Positions 1 through 13,927 of a stretch of DNA of 64,000 nucleotides are shown piece by piece. Position 1 is the first letter of the stretch. Each line of letters begins with the position of its first letter. The notes below the pieces were generated by a model. The model was not told the DNA's origin and searched no databases. It worked only from the letters and a program-made list of their open reading frames with translations. Both the position numbers and the translations under genes were made by a program. The DNA is from Yuukianura sp. NJ FZ-2021 (taxonomy: Eukaryota): positions 7,750,001-7,814,000 of the forward strand of contig CM102290.1 of assembly GCA_046563655.1 (NCBI GenBank), given 5' to 3'.

Positions 1-35
1 AGTTAATGAACAGTGGTTTTGTTTGAATGGATTAG

Positions 36-3000
36 ACATCACGTTTAACATTACAATGCGACGGAAGACTCTGTTCTACACGGTGAACTTGATTATTCCG
101 TGTATGGGAATTTCGTTCCTGACTGTGCTCACTTTCTACCTGCCATCCGATTCTGGAGAGAAGGTAAAGGCATAGCTTTCACTTTGATTACTAATTGACA
201 ATTGACTGGAAAACTACTTGGAAGGTGTTAAGTTCTACTGTTGAAGTGACTGTTCTAGGTGACTCTGGCCATCTCCATCCTCATTAGTCTTCACGTGTTC
301 TTCCTCCTCGTGGTGGAAATTATTCCACCGACGAGTTTAGTCGTTCCACTACTTGGGAAGTATCTCATCTTCGCCATGATCCTAGTCTCAATAAGGTACA
401 CATAACCTAAACTTGTTTCAAAATTTTATTATTATTATTTTAAATATCAATTTATTTGAGAAAAGAATGAAGAAATTTTGGAAAATAGTTAACTTTCTCT
501 TTTCATTCCGCAGCATCTGTGTCACCGTGGTAGTTCTGAATGTACATTTCCGTTCCCCACAGACGCACACAATGGCCCCTTGGGTCCGCCGCGTCTTTCT
601 GCATATTCTGCCACGACTCTTAGTGATGCGGAGGCCTCAGTACTGCATGGATACGCACAGGTAAGTCCATTCCAAGTGCCGTTTCAATTAATCCAAGTCC
701 ATGGACCCACTTTCCAAGCACTTTGGCACTTGCTCACTTCCTCTCCAGAGGCAAAGGAGTTATTAATGCAAAAGCTCCCCTCTGCTTGAATGTCATTTCC
801 GGCCTATGCGCTCCACTAAACAAATTGCCAATTAAAAACCACGTCTAAAACGCCTTCCTTTGGCCTCGAGAGTCGATGGAACCGGAGAGGCACTTTCTTA
901 CTGTCAATATTTTCACTAATTTTGAAACGTTGACGTACATCCACCAGGCATGTTTTAATCACTTTGAAGTTTTTAAATTCCAGGTTGACTTACTCAGCCC
1001 AGATTAATTTCCTGTTTTCTTAGGCGACCGCCAGTCACGCACTGTTTTTGTAAAGCTTTTAACATGTGCGGTTCAAGTCAAAGAGAAAGTTAAACTAAAC
1101 TGAGCTAACTTTTGAGAATTCCAAATTAAAGTTAATGAAATGGTCGGTTCCATCCAGTTATCTCCCTCTGCGGTGCAATTTCGAAGTTTGAAAGTTTGTC
1201 TCAAAGTACAACGTAAGTAAAGAAATCTTTTGCGAGAAACTGTCCCTTCCAGTCACTTCAACCGAAAAATTCTTGCTAAACTTTCACTTTTGTCATTTTG
1301 TGTTTGTTTCAAACAAGTTGAGGTTCTGATTACCAAGAAGTTTAAGTCAAATGTGGCAGGTTGAAAGGAGAGAACCAACAACGTTCCAGTAAAAGCTAAA
1401 CTTTGACAAAGTAAACATGAGAGATGACAGAGGACCCTACGGCCAGATTCATTCCACAGCTTTTAGAAGAAACGACTTTCCGAGAAAGAGCTACTTGTTC
1501 TAGTACTAGCATAACCTCACGTTCAGAAATGTTGATGGACAGGCGAGGGCCTCGCTTTCACCGTGTCTTTCCAAAGGCAGCTCCAGAAAGTAGCTCATCC
1601 CGTTCCAAAAGTCATTGTTTGAAGAAGCATAAGTGGAAGGGAAGTGGATGAGGAGCGAGGGCTTTTGCGAAAACAAGCGACTTGGCATCATAGGATGGCA
1701 TTTGTCCATAATGAACTTTCAGGCTCCGAGCACTGGAAGCTGGGACTGGAGCGCTGGGAGCCTGTCGCTGCTAAATATGGCATTTGCCGGTTTGCCTTTT
1801 ATCTCCTCCTTCCAAGTCCTACTCCCTTGTCACTCCTGTCATGCCCATCTTCATGTAGTTCATAAGGCCTCACAGCATCCTTTTCCCCGTCAACATTTCA
1901 GAATTGTGCGACTTCCACTTTCGCCAGTTTCCGAACTTTGACAATTGGACTTGGAGTCTCAAGTCTAGCTTTTTCTGTCTCAAAAACCCTGTGACACGTT
2001 GACATGCCTCTTTTGTTTTGTGACTAATTGCAGTAGCTTTATGACCTACCGAATGGCAGATGGGACTTCTGGATGTCGACTTCATCCAAACTATCCATTG
2101 CACAATGGGTCAACAGAGAGCTGGATTCCAGATGACATGTTGCCACTGCCGTCTCCAATTGCCAACACATCTTGCTCCAATCGTCATTGCATTCCGGATA
2201 TTCATCGAGCGGCTGCCGGCGTCCGGTTTATTGCTAGACATACAAAGATTCAAGAAGATTCGACACGGGTGAGTCTCTTGGTCCGTAGAAAGTTACCTCA
2301 AACGTAACCAGTTCAGGAAAATGGAAGAGGTTGAGTAAGTGAGATTACGAAATTATTCAGGCTAAGTGTTCCACTTCTCTACTGGGGCTACTCTGACGGT
2401 GGTCAGTACTTGACCGCTTAAACACTTCACGTGGGACGTAAAAGTGGCTCTATTCCCATTGCTTTTCAATTTTATAGCTGAGGAGAAAGTAGTTAAGGTC
2501 AAAGACGAACTATTCACATAACCTAACCAACAACGTATTCAATTTTGATCACTAGTTTCATACCTGCAAAAACGCTACAGTGAGGGCATGAGGTGCAGGC
2601 CAAAGTCCGACAAAAAGTTATGCAGTATTTTGATATTTCCCAATTTTGCTCAATCTAGATTATTGGTTTCCGCCGTAGTAAATCTAAAAAAACATTTTGC
2701 ATAATCTATTTTCCGAAAACAAATTTCATATCATTTTTAAAAAAACATTTGATACAGTCTCGGAAGTTCTTTTTGAACATTCGCTTAACAAAGCACGATG
2801 TGCGATTGTAACCAGGATATCCTTACACAGTTTTTTTTTAAAATAATTCAGCGAAAAATTATTTTGTCGATAAGATTTCTGAAAATTTAGCGTATTTTCC
2901 TATAATTTTGCCAAGTTTTCATGTTTTATTTAAAACAAAAATTACTCTTGTTTGAGCCAAGCGTTTAAAACCTGTGTTTAAAACAGGATATCCTGATATT

Positions 3001-3195
3001 GACCGTTCCCTTATTTGTGTTTAGGTAAAGGAAGACTGGAAGTACGTTGCCATGGTGCTGGACCGACTTTTTCTTTGGATATTTTCATTGGCCGTATTTG
3101 TAGGAACAGCGGCCATTATCCTTCAAGCTCCGTCACTTTATGATGAAAGGCAGCCTTTGGCCGTGCGCGGTTCTTCGGATCTTCGCAAGACCTAA
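36..3195 (+). CDS. nAChRalpha4: Nicotinic acetylcholine receptor alpha subunit (alpha4-like), 3' part; 5' exons lie upstream of the window
   Basis: GT-AG exons 36-163, 259-395, 514-660, 2034-2268 and 3025-3195 join in frame. They encode [23 protein letters not shown] (pre-TM1), TM2 [26 protein letters not shown]3 [27 protein letters not shown], and [20 protein letters not shown] (MA helix/TM4); TAA at 3193-3195. [11 protein letters not shown] and [11 protein letters not shown] match arthropod alpha4 as I recall it. The alpha-defining vicinal cysteines are outside the window. Confidence 0.9.
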
Positions 3196-6100
3196 AAACC
3201 TACTAAACTACTAGAAACTACTATGACAACACGAAGCTCCGCCCCACACTCAGTTCTAGTCTATGTTCCCAAGAAGCTTAACTTTGTCAAACTTAATTAA
3301 GATCCACGAGCCAACGAGAGTTATAACTCAATTTAAGACCAACGGAACCAGAAATTACAAAAGGAAAATACTAAAAATGGCGGTGAAAATAAGTGCACAA
3401 AATTCCGTCGTTCATGGCCATAAGTTCTGCAGTTCTAAAAATCTCTTCCAAATGAAACTAAAGTTCTTTTTACTCATTACGGAAAATAATGGCTGTGGTT
3501 AATCTGCAGAAACGAACTTGGAAGCCATGTTTGTAGTCATTGTTGAGTTTAATTTGTCAAAAGAAGATGGAAAAACAGAGAGAAAAAAAGAAATGGTAAA
3601 TAGTAAAAAGAAGAAGAAGAAAGTTACAGTATAATCCAAAAGTAAAGATTCTCAAATAATAATAAAGTCTAACAAAAGTGGAAAAGTGGAGAAAGGAAAA
3701 AATCGAAAAGGAACAAACTTTTGTCATAATCTTCTTTCCAGCTCATTCGTCAGGGGAGGTAGAGGGCGACTGTTTCTTACGGCGATCGTTGTGGTGGTAG
3801 TTTCAACTTCAAAAAAAAAAACCAAAATCCAAACGACAAAAAACGAAAAGTTGTAGACTCTACGACCACTTTGTTTTTTGTTTATTTCCCCAGTTTTCCG
3901 ACGAATAGGACTTTTTTCCCTTTTCATTCCTGTCTTTTGTAGGCACTTGAAATAAATTAATGAGAGTCCTTTTCGTATCTGATCAGAGCAAGTTGGTTTT
4001 CGCTCGCTTTTTACCTACAAAGTTCTAATATCCTGGATAGATTCATGTAAAAAAATCCTATGAACAGTCCGTTACATAGTGGGGACGTGGAGGCATAAGT
4101 TTTAGTTTTAGTCATCCGTGGTTCAGTTCAAGCCTATTTTCCCGGTAAGCAACGTAGAGAAAGTTAGAAAGGCCTCCTTTCCAATTGGTGTAATTGGAAC
4201 CATTCCAACACGAAAAGAAGATTTCAAAGGAAGTCAAAACCCATTAGGTTTTCAGGAGAAGGGAAATGGAAAGTGAGTACCTTTTCCCACTACTTTTTCA
4301 TACATATGGTTATTAGACCCTAACTTTACCTATAGTAACTTTACCTAACGTAGGCAAACCCTATTCACATTTTCTCCTTAAAAACTTACAATCTTCCATG
4401 TGCACTAGAAGACTCTTAAACAGAATGAAGTGAAAAGTGGATTCAATATAACACTTCGGGTGTATCTGCTTCTCAGGAACAAAAAAGTAAAAATTATGCA
4501 GAGTTCCATTTTTCAAAACTTTTTTTTAAATTGAATTCTCAATAGGCTCAGCTGGAATTTTTTGAGAAGGTGAAACTTTTCTTGAGAATTCAAAAAATGT
4601 TAAAGAAGCTTTCAGACCCAGGCGTTGAATTACGAAAATTACTAACACGATTTTCTTTTTCAAAACGACAGCGGCAAGTCGTGTCTGTTTTCACTTTTTT
4701 TTAGTTTTTTTTTTAAAGTACTAATTCAAAAAAGTTTGAGGAGAAAAGAGGTCCGAAGGGCGTGACTGAAGCAATTTTGAGTAACAAATCTGGGGCAGAG
4801 CACACAAAAACACATTTTGTTGATGATGCTATCGTAGCACAGTGTTTGTACAGCCTACTAAATCACATTTAAATTGAGGGAGAAATGAAAAGGTGGAATA
4901 ACATTTTTATGAGTCGTAAGAAGATGATGTTTGTGGCCGGAAATGTTTCAAACTAAAACGAGACAACAAGAATTCACAAGTGAATGAGTTTGAAGAGGCA
5001 AAAAGGAAAGAATAGGGAAAGTTTGGAGTCCGCCATGGTGAGACGGTGGCTCTCTCATAGTTTCGGTGGGTCTTTGGTAGTTTTTGGCGGGTCTTTTAGT
5101 GAGGACTAATGGTGAAAATTGTGTCTTTAAATCCTCTCGGATGAAGATCAAAGGAAAAGGAGGGATGAGTTGTGCGGTGAAAGTGAAAGTGCTCCTTTTA
5201 CTTTCTTTTGCTGGAGGTTGGCGTAATCTACTTTGTGATTTTTCTTCGTGTTTCTTGACTTAATCACTCAAATGGGTTAAGGGAGCACAAGGCCTACTGG
5301 AACTGTACATGATGATGGCCATTCCAAACTAGCACCCCGTTCCATTTAGTGTGTTCATCTAGCACCGGCCGAAGCCTTATAACGTCTAACACCGTTAGTG
5401 GCGGGTGGAAACAATGGTAGCGGTAAGACTGGTCCTATGAAAAATGTAGGGGAAGGAGAGAATCGACGGAAGTGCTCCAGTCGGCCCTTGTCTCCGGATC
5501 GATACTTCTTCTGCCACTGGAACAACCGAAAGCGGCGATACCCGGGACTTTCTCGCATCCTCCTCCACTCCCGTCCTTTCTCTTCCCGTATTCAAGCCCT
5601 CTGTAGACCCATTCAAATCTCAGGCCCAAAATATGTTCTTCCTCGAGTACTTGTCAACATTTCCAACAGAAAGGCTCAACTGCCACAAACATATGAGTCT
5701 CTTCTTTTACTTTTTTAACAAGGTCAAAATCCTAAACATGTTTCAACTGACGTGAGTTCAACTTACTCAACTAACCAAATCCTCGTGGAACGAAGGTGGG
5801 TCAAAAGTACTAAAGCTGAACATCAATTGTTGCTTCTCTTACAGAATGTGAAGGTTTGAAAGTAGAAATAACCCGAATTCTACGTAACCTAACAGATCAA
5901 ATTAATTTTTCCAAAAAAAAAACTTAAAATTTCATTATATTTTATTGAAAAAAATATTGAAAATAGATTCACCACCTAACTTATGACCTCCTGCAGTACA
6001 GCGTGCGTGAGCCAGGAAAAACTTTAAAGGAATTGAACAAATTTCAAATTCAATTTCGTTAGCCTACCATTTGCCTACTACGGCTGTCAATATTAGCGTT

Positions 6101-9100
6101 GTGGTAACTTCGTAGTCAAAAAACAACAAAAATATGTGATCAAACGAAATTTATTTCCGTGACGGTTCCTGTCGCCGTAGTCAGCGGGAGCAGTAGTAGT
6201 CTAGGACAATGGAATAAGTAAGATGGAATTTGGACTGAAATGAAATGAAAATAAATCAAGAAGATTGGCAGGGAGGCGGAAGCAGAGAGAAAGCGATTGC
6301 AGAGAAAGCATGCCTTTGGTTAGGTTACGTTACGTTACGTTAGTCTGCAGCAGGAAGCAGAAAGAAAACGTGAAGGGGCGCTTGAGTAGCCATGGCAATG
6401 GAGCCACACAAAGTTCATCCATCGGGTCAAGTGCTTCCAAGATTTCACAAAAGAACAAATTATTGTTAAAGGAACAAAAGATGAGAAGGGGTCTCTTTAA
6501 AAAAAAAAAGAAGAAGAAAGTTCAAACTTTCCAAAGAAAATCTAATGCCATGTTTGTTTAGAAAAGCTTTCGGATTTTTTTTTATCAAATTTTTTTTCCA
6601 GAACTGCAAATTTCTTCTTACTCCGAAAACTGAAAATTTCTAGTAATCGTATTAACTACAACCATAAAAATTAAACGCAAGTCTTAAAAAATTCTCGTAA
6701 ATTGACCAAGGTTTAAAAGGGAAAATCTTCAAAACTTTTGATTATGTTAGAGTTTGGAATAAGTTTTCTTTAAAACTAATAGACAGAAAAGTGACTTTGG
6801 AAAATATTTATTTCCGTTCCGGTAAGTTAATTTGTACGGAGTAGGATAAGATCGTAGAATGAATAGACGAGGTCGCAGGAACAAGATGGAGGAAGAGTGG
6901 TGGGTCATGTCAGAATGCTGAATGAGCTTTCCCTTATTCCATTTCCTCAATTCGCTCCTACTAATGTGATGGCAAAGATTTATTTGGATAGAGTAAACCA
7001 AAATCCAGCAAATCCTAGACGTGTTCTACATAATACTTTGTCTAACGCCCTCCCCAAGCGTCACCCCATCCTATTTTCCCCTCACTTTCAAAAAATTATC
7101 AAAATATCAAGCAAAAAGGAAATTGAGAACAAATTCAATTTATTTCCAAATTCTTTCGGAGCTACAATGAGAACAAAAGAGTTTGCGGGATAGCTGGAGT
7201 TGGACTTTCTGGACATTTCAAACAAAAAGAAAAAAAATTACTTCAAATCCGTTTTACTGACAACTAAAATGGGTCCAACTTTTTCACCGTATTCACTTTG
7301 ACTCGAGATATTGTCTTGTCATGCTCGTAACTTGCAGTTTGGGTTTCAGTAGAAGAATCCACAGTTAGTGCGTTACTGTTTTTTTTTACCTTATGTAGTT
7401 TCTTTCCTCATGTCCAGTCAATATCCCTCTTCTCAAAGGAAGCAATTGGAGATGAATCATTGTCTGTTTTTGAGAACGAAAGTAGTATTAATGGGAAAGT
7501 GAAAGTAATTCTCACTGGTTGAGACAATGAAGGATTTCTCAGTTTCCTTTTGGTACTAGGTTCCCTTTGTACACAGTTGGGAATCACAACCATTGTCCTC
7601 GTGCTTCATGATCTATGTTTTTGCAAAGTTAGGTTTCATATATACCCTAACCGATGGTACATAATCCATCGATGAGAAATTGGAGGAAAACCGTTGGTGG
7701 ATTTGGGGGATGACAAGATCCATTAGAGGAATTTGATCGTGGGAGATCTATCATATTCTGCCAGTGGTGCTGCCAGTGCTTAAGCCGCATTCTTCATCCA
7801 GACGATTTCCATTCTCCTGGAGGTGCTTCTAAACGGAAAGTACAAAGCATTTTTCCAAAATTCTTACCAAAGAAAATGTTCTCACTGGGCCGGATTCTAG
7901 CTGTCTAGGACCATTTCACTTTCGTTTCAGAGTTTTTACCAAAAGCGGCTTTGTACTCCATTCGCATAAGATTTAGAATATCTGGATGGTCTAGATTCTA
8001 AATCTAGCATCAATCATTCCTCCCTTGCTGCCTCCTCCTTTGATTCTCCTAGAAGATTAATTAATTGTGATGCAGTCCTCGCAGGATTGTTAATCGTCGA
8101 TGGTACAAAGCACTAGGATTTCAGCAGGAGCGCCCTGCATAACTCATGCTGAAAACTGAAATCCGACAGGATCGAAATATTTTCTCCAAAGTTTGTTTCC
8201 TTTCCTGCAGAATTTTGCTGCTGCTGTGGAAAAATTGGGAGGACCAAACGTCTATTACTGAAGAAGAAAAAGAGTATAATGTTCACGCCCTTGCTTATGT
8301 GGCCAACATTGAATTATTGCAAATTGCGCAGCTAAATGCGACGAGGAACCAGGAACGCCTTGACATGACAGCCGTCTTCCAGCATGTCAACGTTCCACTT
8401 TCTCATTTATAATGCCTTCTTATCCCCAACTTTCTCCTCTTCCCCTATGCCCAAACCGAACCTAACTTAACTCAATGGAACCAATTGATCGAGAGAACCC
8501 AGGAAAATGGAATTGGTTTCCTCCTTGACTGCTTCCTTGAATCTTCACCTTCAGAGACTCCTGTTCTCAGTCAGTGTCTTCAATTCCAACTATGGATTTT
8601 TTTCTAGATTAGGAAATCCTAGGAGGAAAAATTCTGGAGAAAGTCTTGGAATGACTAGAAGAGGATGCAGGATTTTGGAATCTTGAAGTATTGCCCTAGG
8701 TGAGACTCAGGTGCTTATTTGCTTTCCATTTCTGTCTCCGATCTTCTCAATTCAGATTCAGAATAATGTATGGAAGGAGGAACTCAGGTATGCAGAATAC
8801 AGGAATAGATTCCTTCTCAGCTTCCTCCACAAAAGTCTCCAGAGGGAATTTCCTGGAAGAAAGAAGAAACTTTTTTTTCAACTGGTAGATGGATTATTTC
8901 GTTAATTTTGACTGATATGGAACGAGAGAAAGCGTCCATTTTGGATGTAGCTGTGGTTCCAGTAGGTTGGAAAAGACGGAGAAAGTTAAATAATAAATTT
9001 CTGTTTTAGATACTTACGTAATTTTTCACTGAAAATGGGCCGTCGTTTTGCTCAAACATAAAAATTGAAGTTAAATGGCCCAAAGAACGCTGCCTAAATT

Positions 9101-9663
9101 TTCTTAAGTTTTGATTGGATGATTGATTATCATTCAATGACGGAGAAATGAAACAAGGAACAAGTAAAAATGGCGACCGTAACAAATAAAAGTGAAAGTT
9201 TACAGTGATGCATTCCGTATGATTGTTTACAACATCAAAATTGGATAGAAATTGTTTTCCAGTTTAAAAAAATGACGTTTTCAAAATCTGTTCAAGGGCG
9301 GGCATGTTTCCGACGGCGTTGCATGTTGCCCAAGTATAGTTTGCTTACTCAAATTCCAACGGTGTTGTGTCCGATGGCTGTTTGATGAGCCAAATTTATA
9401 TTGTATTAGCACATATTTCGCTTCGTGTCAACTTTGGTAATCCTCCGTGTAGTAGTGATTCCTGATTCGTGAATACCGTATGGTAATTAATTGTTGTAAG
9501 TTTATAATTTACAAATTTACTATTTTTTAATACACTTTCACCATCACCGTTATCATTGGCTTTTTCTTGGATCATTGTACGGCTGAATATTGTATAAAAT
9601 TGGTGATTGGTTTGACATTCATTATACCAAAAACGTTTTTATTTGCAGGAAACGACAAATAAA

Positions 9664-12340
9664 ATGCCGGATATTGAGAAGGAAAAAGCCAACCGACAAA
9701 TGGCGCTGTACTCGGAGCTCCAAAAATACGTCCAAAGTAGCGATTTTGAGAAAGCTATCAAATCGTGCAATCGAAGTAAATAAACATTCGTATAAGACAG
9801 TGTATTAGTGTAAAAACTGGTGTGATTATGGATGTAAATTTGTTTTGCAGTTCTCCACGAGACTCCAGACGATGAATTTGGATTCGAATGTAAAATCATC
9901 TGTTGTGTGAACTTGGGACGGTTTGAAGATGCATTAGATTTTGCAAGAAAGAATCCGACGATGACAAAGTAGTTGCAAATATTTACTTTCAACAGTTTAT
10001 TTGTAACATGACTGCACTTTACTGTACCGTAATCAATATTTTAGGAACTTGAATTATGAGCTGGCCTACTGTCATTATCGATTGAACCAAACGGAAGAAG
10101 CGTTGAAGTTGTTGGAGAAGATTACTGATCCCAAGGACACTCGGAAGAAGGAACTGTACGTTCAAATCCTGTACAGGCTTGAACGTTATGCGGAATGTCA
10201 CGATCTTTATAAAGAAATTTGTAAATCAACGTCTGACTCCTACGATGAAGAACGACTAAGCAACTTGTCTGCAATTTTGGCTTCCTCTCGCGCTACGAAC
10301 CCGGTAAAAATTGAATGCCTTCAGACTTTCAGACTGAAGTACGCTAAATTTTCTACATTTTTAATTTTCAGAATCGGAAAATTCCGATCGACAAGGGCAC
10401 TACTTTCGAGCAAAAATACAACTACGCATGTTTCCTTGTAGCCGAAAAAAAATATGATTTGGCCGAGAAGGTACTGCTAGAAGCCGAGCAGACTTGCGAA
10501 GAAGTGTTTCGAGACGAAGGGGCGGCAGATGAAGAAATTCAAGATGAACTCTGTATCATGAGGTATAGTTCGGTTGAATTGCTTTACTTTAACAAAAAAA
10601 AATGACATTTTACATTGAGTTTTAATATTTCTAGGGCTCTCCGAGGTTTTTGCTGTCAAAAGCGTGGCAGGGACAAGGAAGCGATGCGACTTTACACCGC
10701 CATTTTAAAAGTGAAACCATCTGACGTTGGTGTTTTGGCCGTCGTCTCTAATAACATGGTTGTTATAAATCGGGATCAAAATATTTTTGATTCCAAGAAA
10801 AGAATTAAGACCATGAAGGTGGATGCCTTAGGATACAAGTTGACTACTGCTCAAAAACTTACGATTCAACTCAATCAGTGTCTTTTCTATCTTCTAACGA
10901 ATCAGGTATTTTTCGTTTTCAAAATTCCAAAAGAAATATCAGTCGGAAATATACAGGCAGGAATGATTTTTACCCACTGTGTCTGATTTTGATTTTGTCT
11001 TAGGATGAGTTATGCCAGGAACTTTATACTTCCTTACTAGATGGTGACGGCAAGGACTCAGATGAAGTTTACTGTCTAGCCGCCTGTCATAACTTTCGAT
11101 TAGGAAAACTAGACAATTTAATACGAAAGGCTGACCAGGCTATGCTCAGTTCCAGACCAGGTCTGGATCTAAAAATCAAACTTGGCGTAATCAAGATGTA
11201 CCTTGAAAAAGTAAGTCGAAATTTGAAAACCTAAAACGTTTCTATACCTTTGTTTCTCTATTCCTTAGGGCGATACGGAATCGGCAATAAAAGGCATCAA
11301 AAAACTGGCTACTGATCAAGATTATCCGCTTGGACTAATCAGTGCTCTTGTCGTCATTTTACGATCCACTAAATCAAACGATGAAGTCTCTGCACTATTT
11401 GAAAATGCTGTTCAGCATTTTCAACAATCTAAGGTTACTATCCTTATCCTACCCCCGCGAACTTAGAAAATAACGTTCATTGAGATTTGTATAAACTTTT
11501 TTTTTTGCTTTACAGAAAGATGAACGCTCGAAACAAGTTCTGCCGCCTTTGCTAAAACAAGCTGCCATTTACGAAATGGAGATAGGGGAGTACCAAAAAG
11601 CAGAAAAATTGTTGAAGAAGCTTCTAAGCACTCATCCTGGTGACGTCCTTGGAATTGCACTTCTGCTTACCGTTTACATTCACGTATGGAGCAACACTAC
11701 GCTTCCCTGCTAGCTTTAACATTCCTACAATCAGTTTATGAACTTGTATTTTCTGTAGCTCGGAGATAAGAAGGGTGTCGACGGACTCCGAGCAGATTTG
11801 CCGGACCCAGACACAGAGGGATTTGATGTTGATGCTGCTGAAACAGAAACATCTTTGGGAAGCATCAAGTACGTCAAGAAATCCGTGCGGACGCCGTCAT
11901 CTGCCAGTGGAGACCCGGGCACTCCGACCACCTCAGCGTCAAAGTCGCGTGACTCCAGTGCTCCGAAGAAGAAGCCCAAAAAGAGCAAGAAGCCTAAGCT
12001 TCCTAAAAACTATGACCCCAGCAGATCCGTTGATCCCGAACGATGGCTCCCGCGGTACATGCGAAGCGGGTACAAACCCAAGAAGGTGCGGCGTGGTCGA
12101 GCTGATGTTGGCAAGGGAACTCAGGGTGTTTCCAGTGAAGCTGCTGAAGTCTAGTAAGCTAAAGTTTGGCTTTTCCGACTTCGTTAAAATCGTTTTCTCA
12201 GTTTTTAAAATACGATTAACCATTTCTGGTTTTAAATTTCCAGTGATATGACTCGTGGTGCTTCGACTGTCAACAAAACTCCGGGTACAGACCCCCCGCC
12301 ACAGAAAAGAGGTCAAGCACGGTCCAAAGGCAAGAAGTAA
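9664..12340 (+). CDS. SRP72: Signal recognition particle subunit SRP72 (about 660 aa, 10 coding exons)
   Basis: Exons 9664-9775, 9851-9968, 10045-10303, 10372-10562, 10635-10905, 11004-11210, 11269-11433, 11516-11683, 11759-12153 and 12244-12340 total 1983 nt in frame. TPR-like N-terminal region (YELAYCHYRLN; QILYRLERY), then the C-terminal SRP RNA-binding motif KKPKLPKNYDPSRSVDPERWLP and GKGTQG. Confidence 0.95.
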
Positions 12341-12521
12341 AACATTGGATCCTGACCTTGCTGCTTACCTTGTCCTGCTTGGTCTTTTGTAAGTAAATGG
12401 TTAACTGTAATTACTAACGATTAGCGATTGTTATGATTGACTAATTGTGGAAATTTCGTAACAAGTACATCTTTATTGTTATTTATAGTAAGTAACTGAT
12501 TGAATTTAAGATTGTTTTTGC

Positions 12522-12527
12522 AATAAA
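12522..12527 (+). promoter_or_regulatory. Probable polyadenylation signal of SRP72
   Basis: First AATAAA downstream of the SRP72 stop, about 180 nt away. Confidence 0.55.
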
Positions 12528-13927
12528 ACAAATGATTTCACATCCCTTTCTTATGTGGGTCGTACATACCAACCTGGTAATAATTTTGTAACGTTTTAGC
12601 TTACAAAAATAGGCCTCGCTTAGTAATAATACAAGTACAACTCCCAACAAAGCAAAAACATAAATAAATTAAGATAAATTACATTTTTTGAGACCCCAAA
12701 ATTTTGGCATAAAAAAAGAGCAACAGGTATTTAAAAAATAAAACAAAATATCACAGTTCTAAACATTTTAAAACGAAAGGGACACACGTAAAATAATATA
12801 ACAGGAGCACAGTTTTTGAACTCACAGACTTGTCGTTAAATATGGAACATTTTAAAACACTTTTTTCTAAAAACTAAAATTTTAACTTTGGACATGCAGT
12901 TGCCTTCGTAGGTTTTTAAAAAAAAAGAATTTTTCGTCAAACTTCTTTTTTTCCGTAACATTATTACTAACCTACTAACATTTTTTTGTCAAGCTGCCAC
13001 ACTCTTAGCACACTTAGCATTTAAACATTAAAATTAGTTCTTTTACAAAGGAACGTTTTTTGGGTATTATCATTTTAGGACTTGGAAGGAACGACTAAAC
13101 GAACCATTTAGTTGGTAGTTCCATTTTAAGTTTTTTAAAAAAAATTAGAACGAGATTGATTTTTAAAAATTAGAACAAGAATACACATTTAAAAGTTGTG
13201 AACTTTAAAAATAGTACAGTCATGTTTGTTTACACTCTCAGTTGGCAAAAGGAAAACAAAAATGCACAAATGCAGTTCTAAAATTATTTTCAGAAGTGAA
13301 AATCCTACTAACTGAAAGTTTGGCGATCATTGTGAAATATTGTAATTGAAAATATTGGACATGAGTTAGTTGTAAAGGCAGTTTGCAAAAAAAGACATAG
13401 GCAAAGGAATTCTTTTAAAGAAAACGGATGAGAGACATGTTGTATTAAATAAAATGGGAATCAGGGTTGAAAGTGAGTGTTAAATTATAAGTTAGTTAAC
13501 GTTGAAGATTAGTTAAGTATGCTCCTCTTTTTTTTTAGGAAAAAGAGAACGCTTAAAAAATCTCTGCTCGTTCACTCCCTTTTGTTCCTGCTTTCTTCTC
13601 CCGATTCTTTTTTCTTTGTAAATGTCATTTCTCCGCTTCCCCTAAGTCTTTTCCATTAAAAAAAATTTTCGGTGACTTTCACTTTAGTAGAATTTTGATC
13701 CTCCAGAGGTTGATGAATGAATTTTTCATTGAAACGAATTTTGACGATGACGATGATTAGGGAATTTGACTTTTGTGTGTGTCTTTGCTGAAGATGTGAA
13801 GACGTGGGCGGTGATTTTTGAATTAGGCCATAGGGAATGTGGATGGACTTTTGTTTGAAGAATGAATGAATGTTCCCCGCGTTGATTGTCGTGTTGGGTT
13901 AGTAGCTTTGGCGTAGTTTTTGACTGT

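Noticed and set aside
1424..1941. ORFs in the nAChR loop intron as extra exons (acceptors at 1459 and 1722)
   Set aside because: With the phase-2 donor at 660 both acceptors hit a stop quickly, and the direct 660-to-2034 splice already gives a normal alpha4-like loop. A truncated isoform cannot be supported without transcripts.
2811..2996. Possible degenerate MITE bounded by CAGGATATCCT motifs
   Set aside because: The inverted ends are short, self-palindromic and interrupted, and no TSD was found.
5355..5718. GC-richer patch with overlapping ORFs on both strands
   Set aside because: No recognisable motif and no consistent splice sites in any frame.
11731..12316. Antisense and shifted-frame ORFs over the SRP72 3' exons
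   Set aside because: Shadow ORFs of a GC-rich coding exon.
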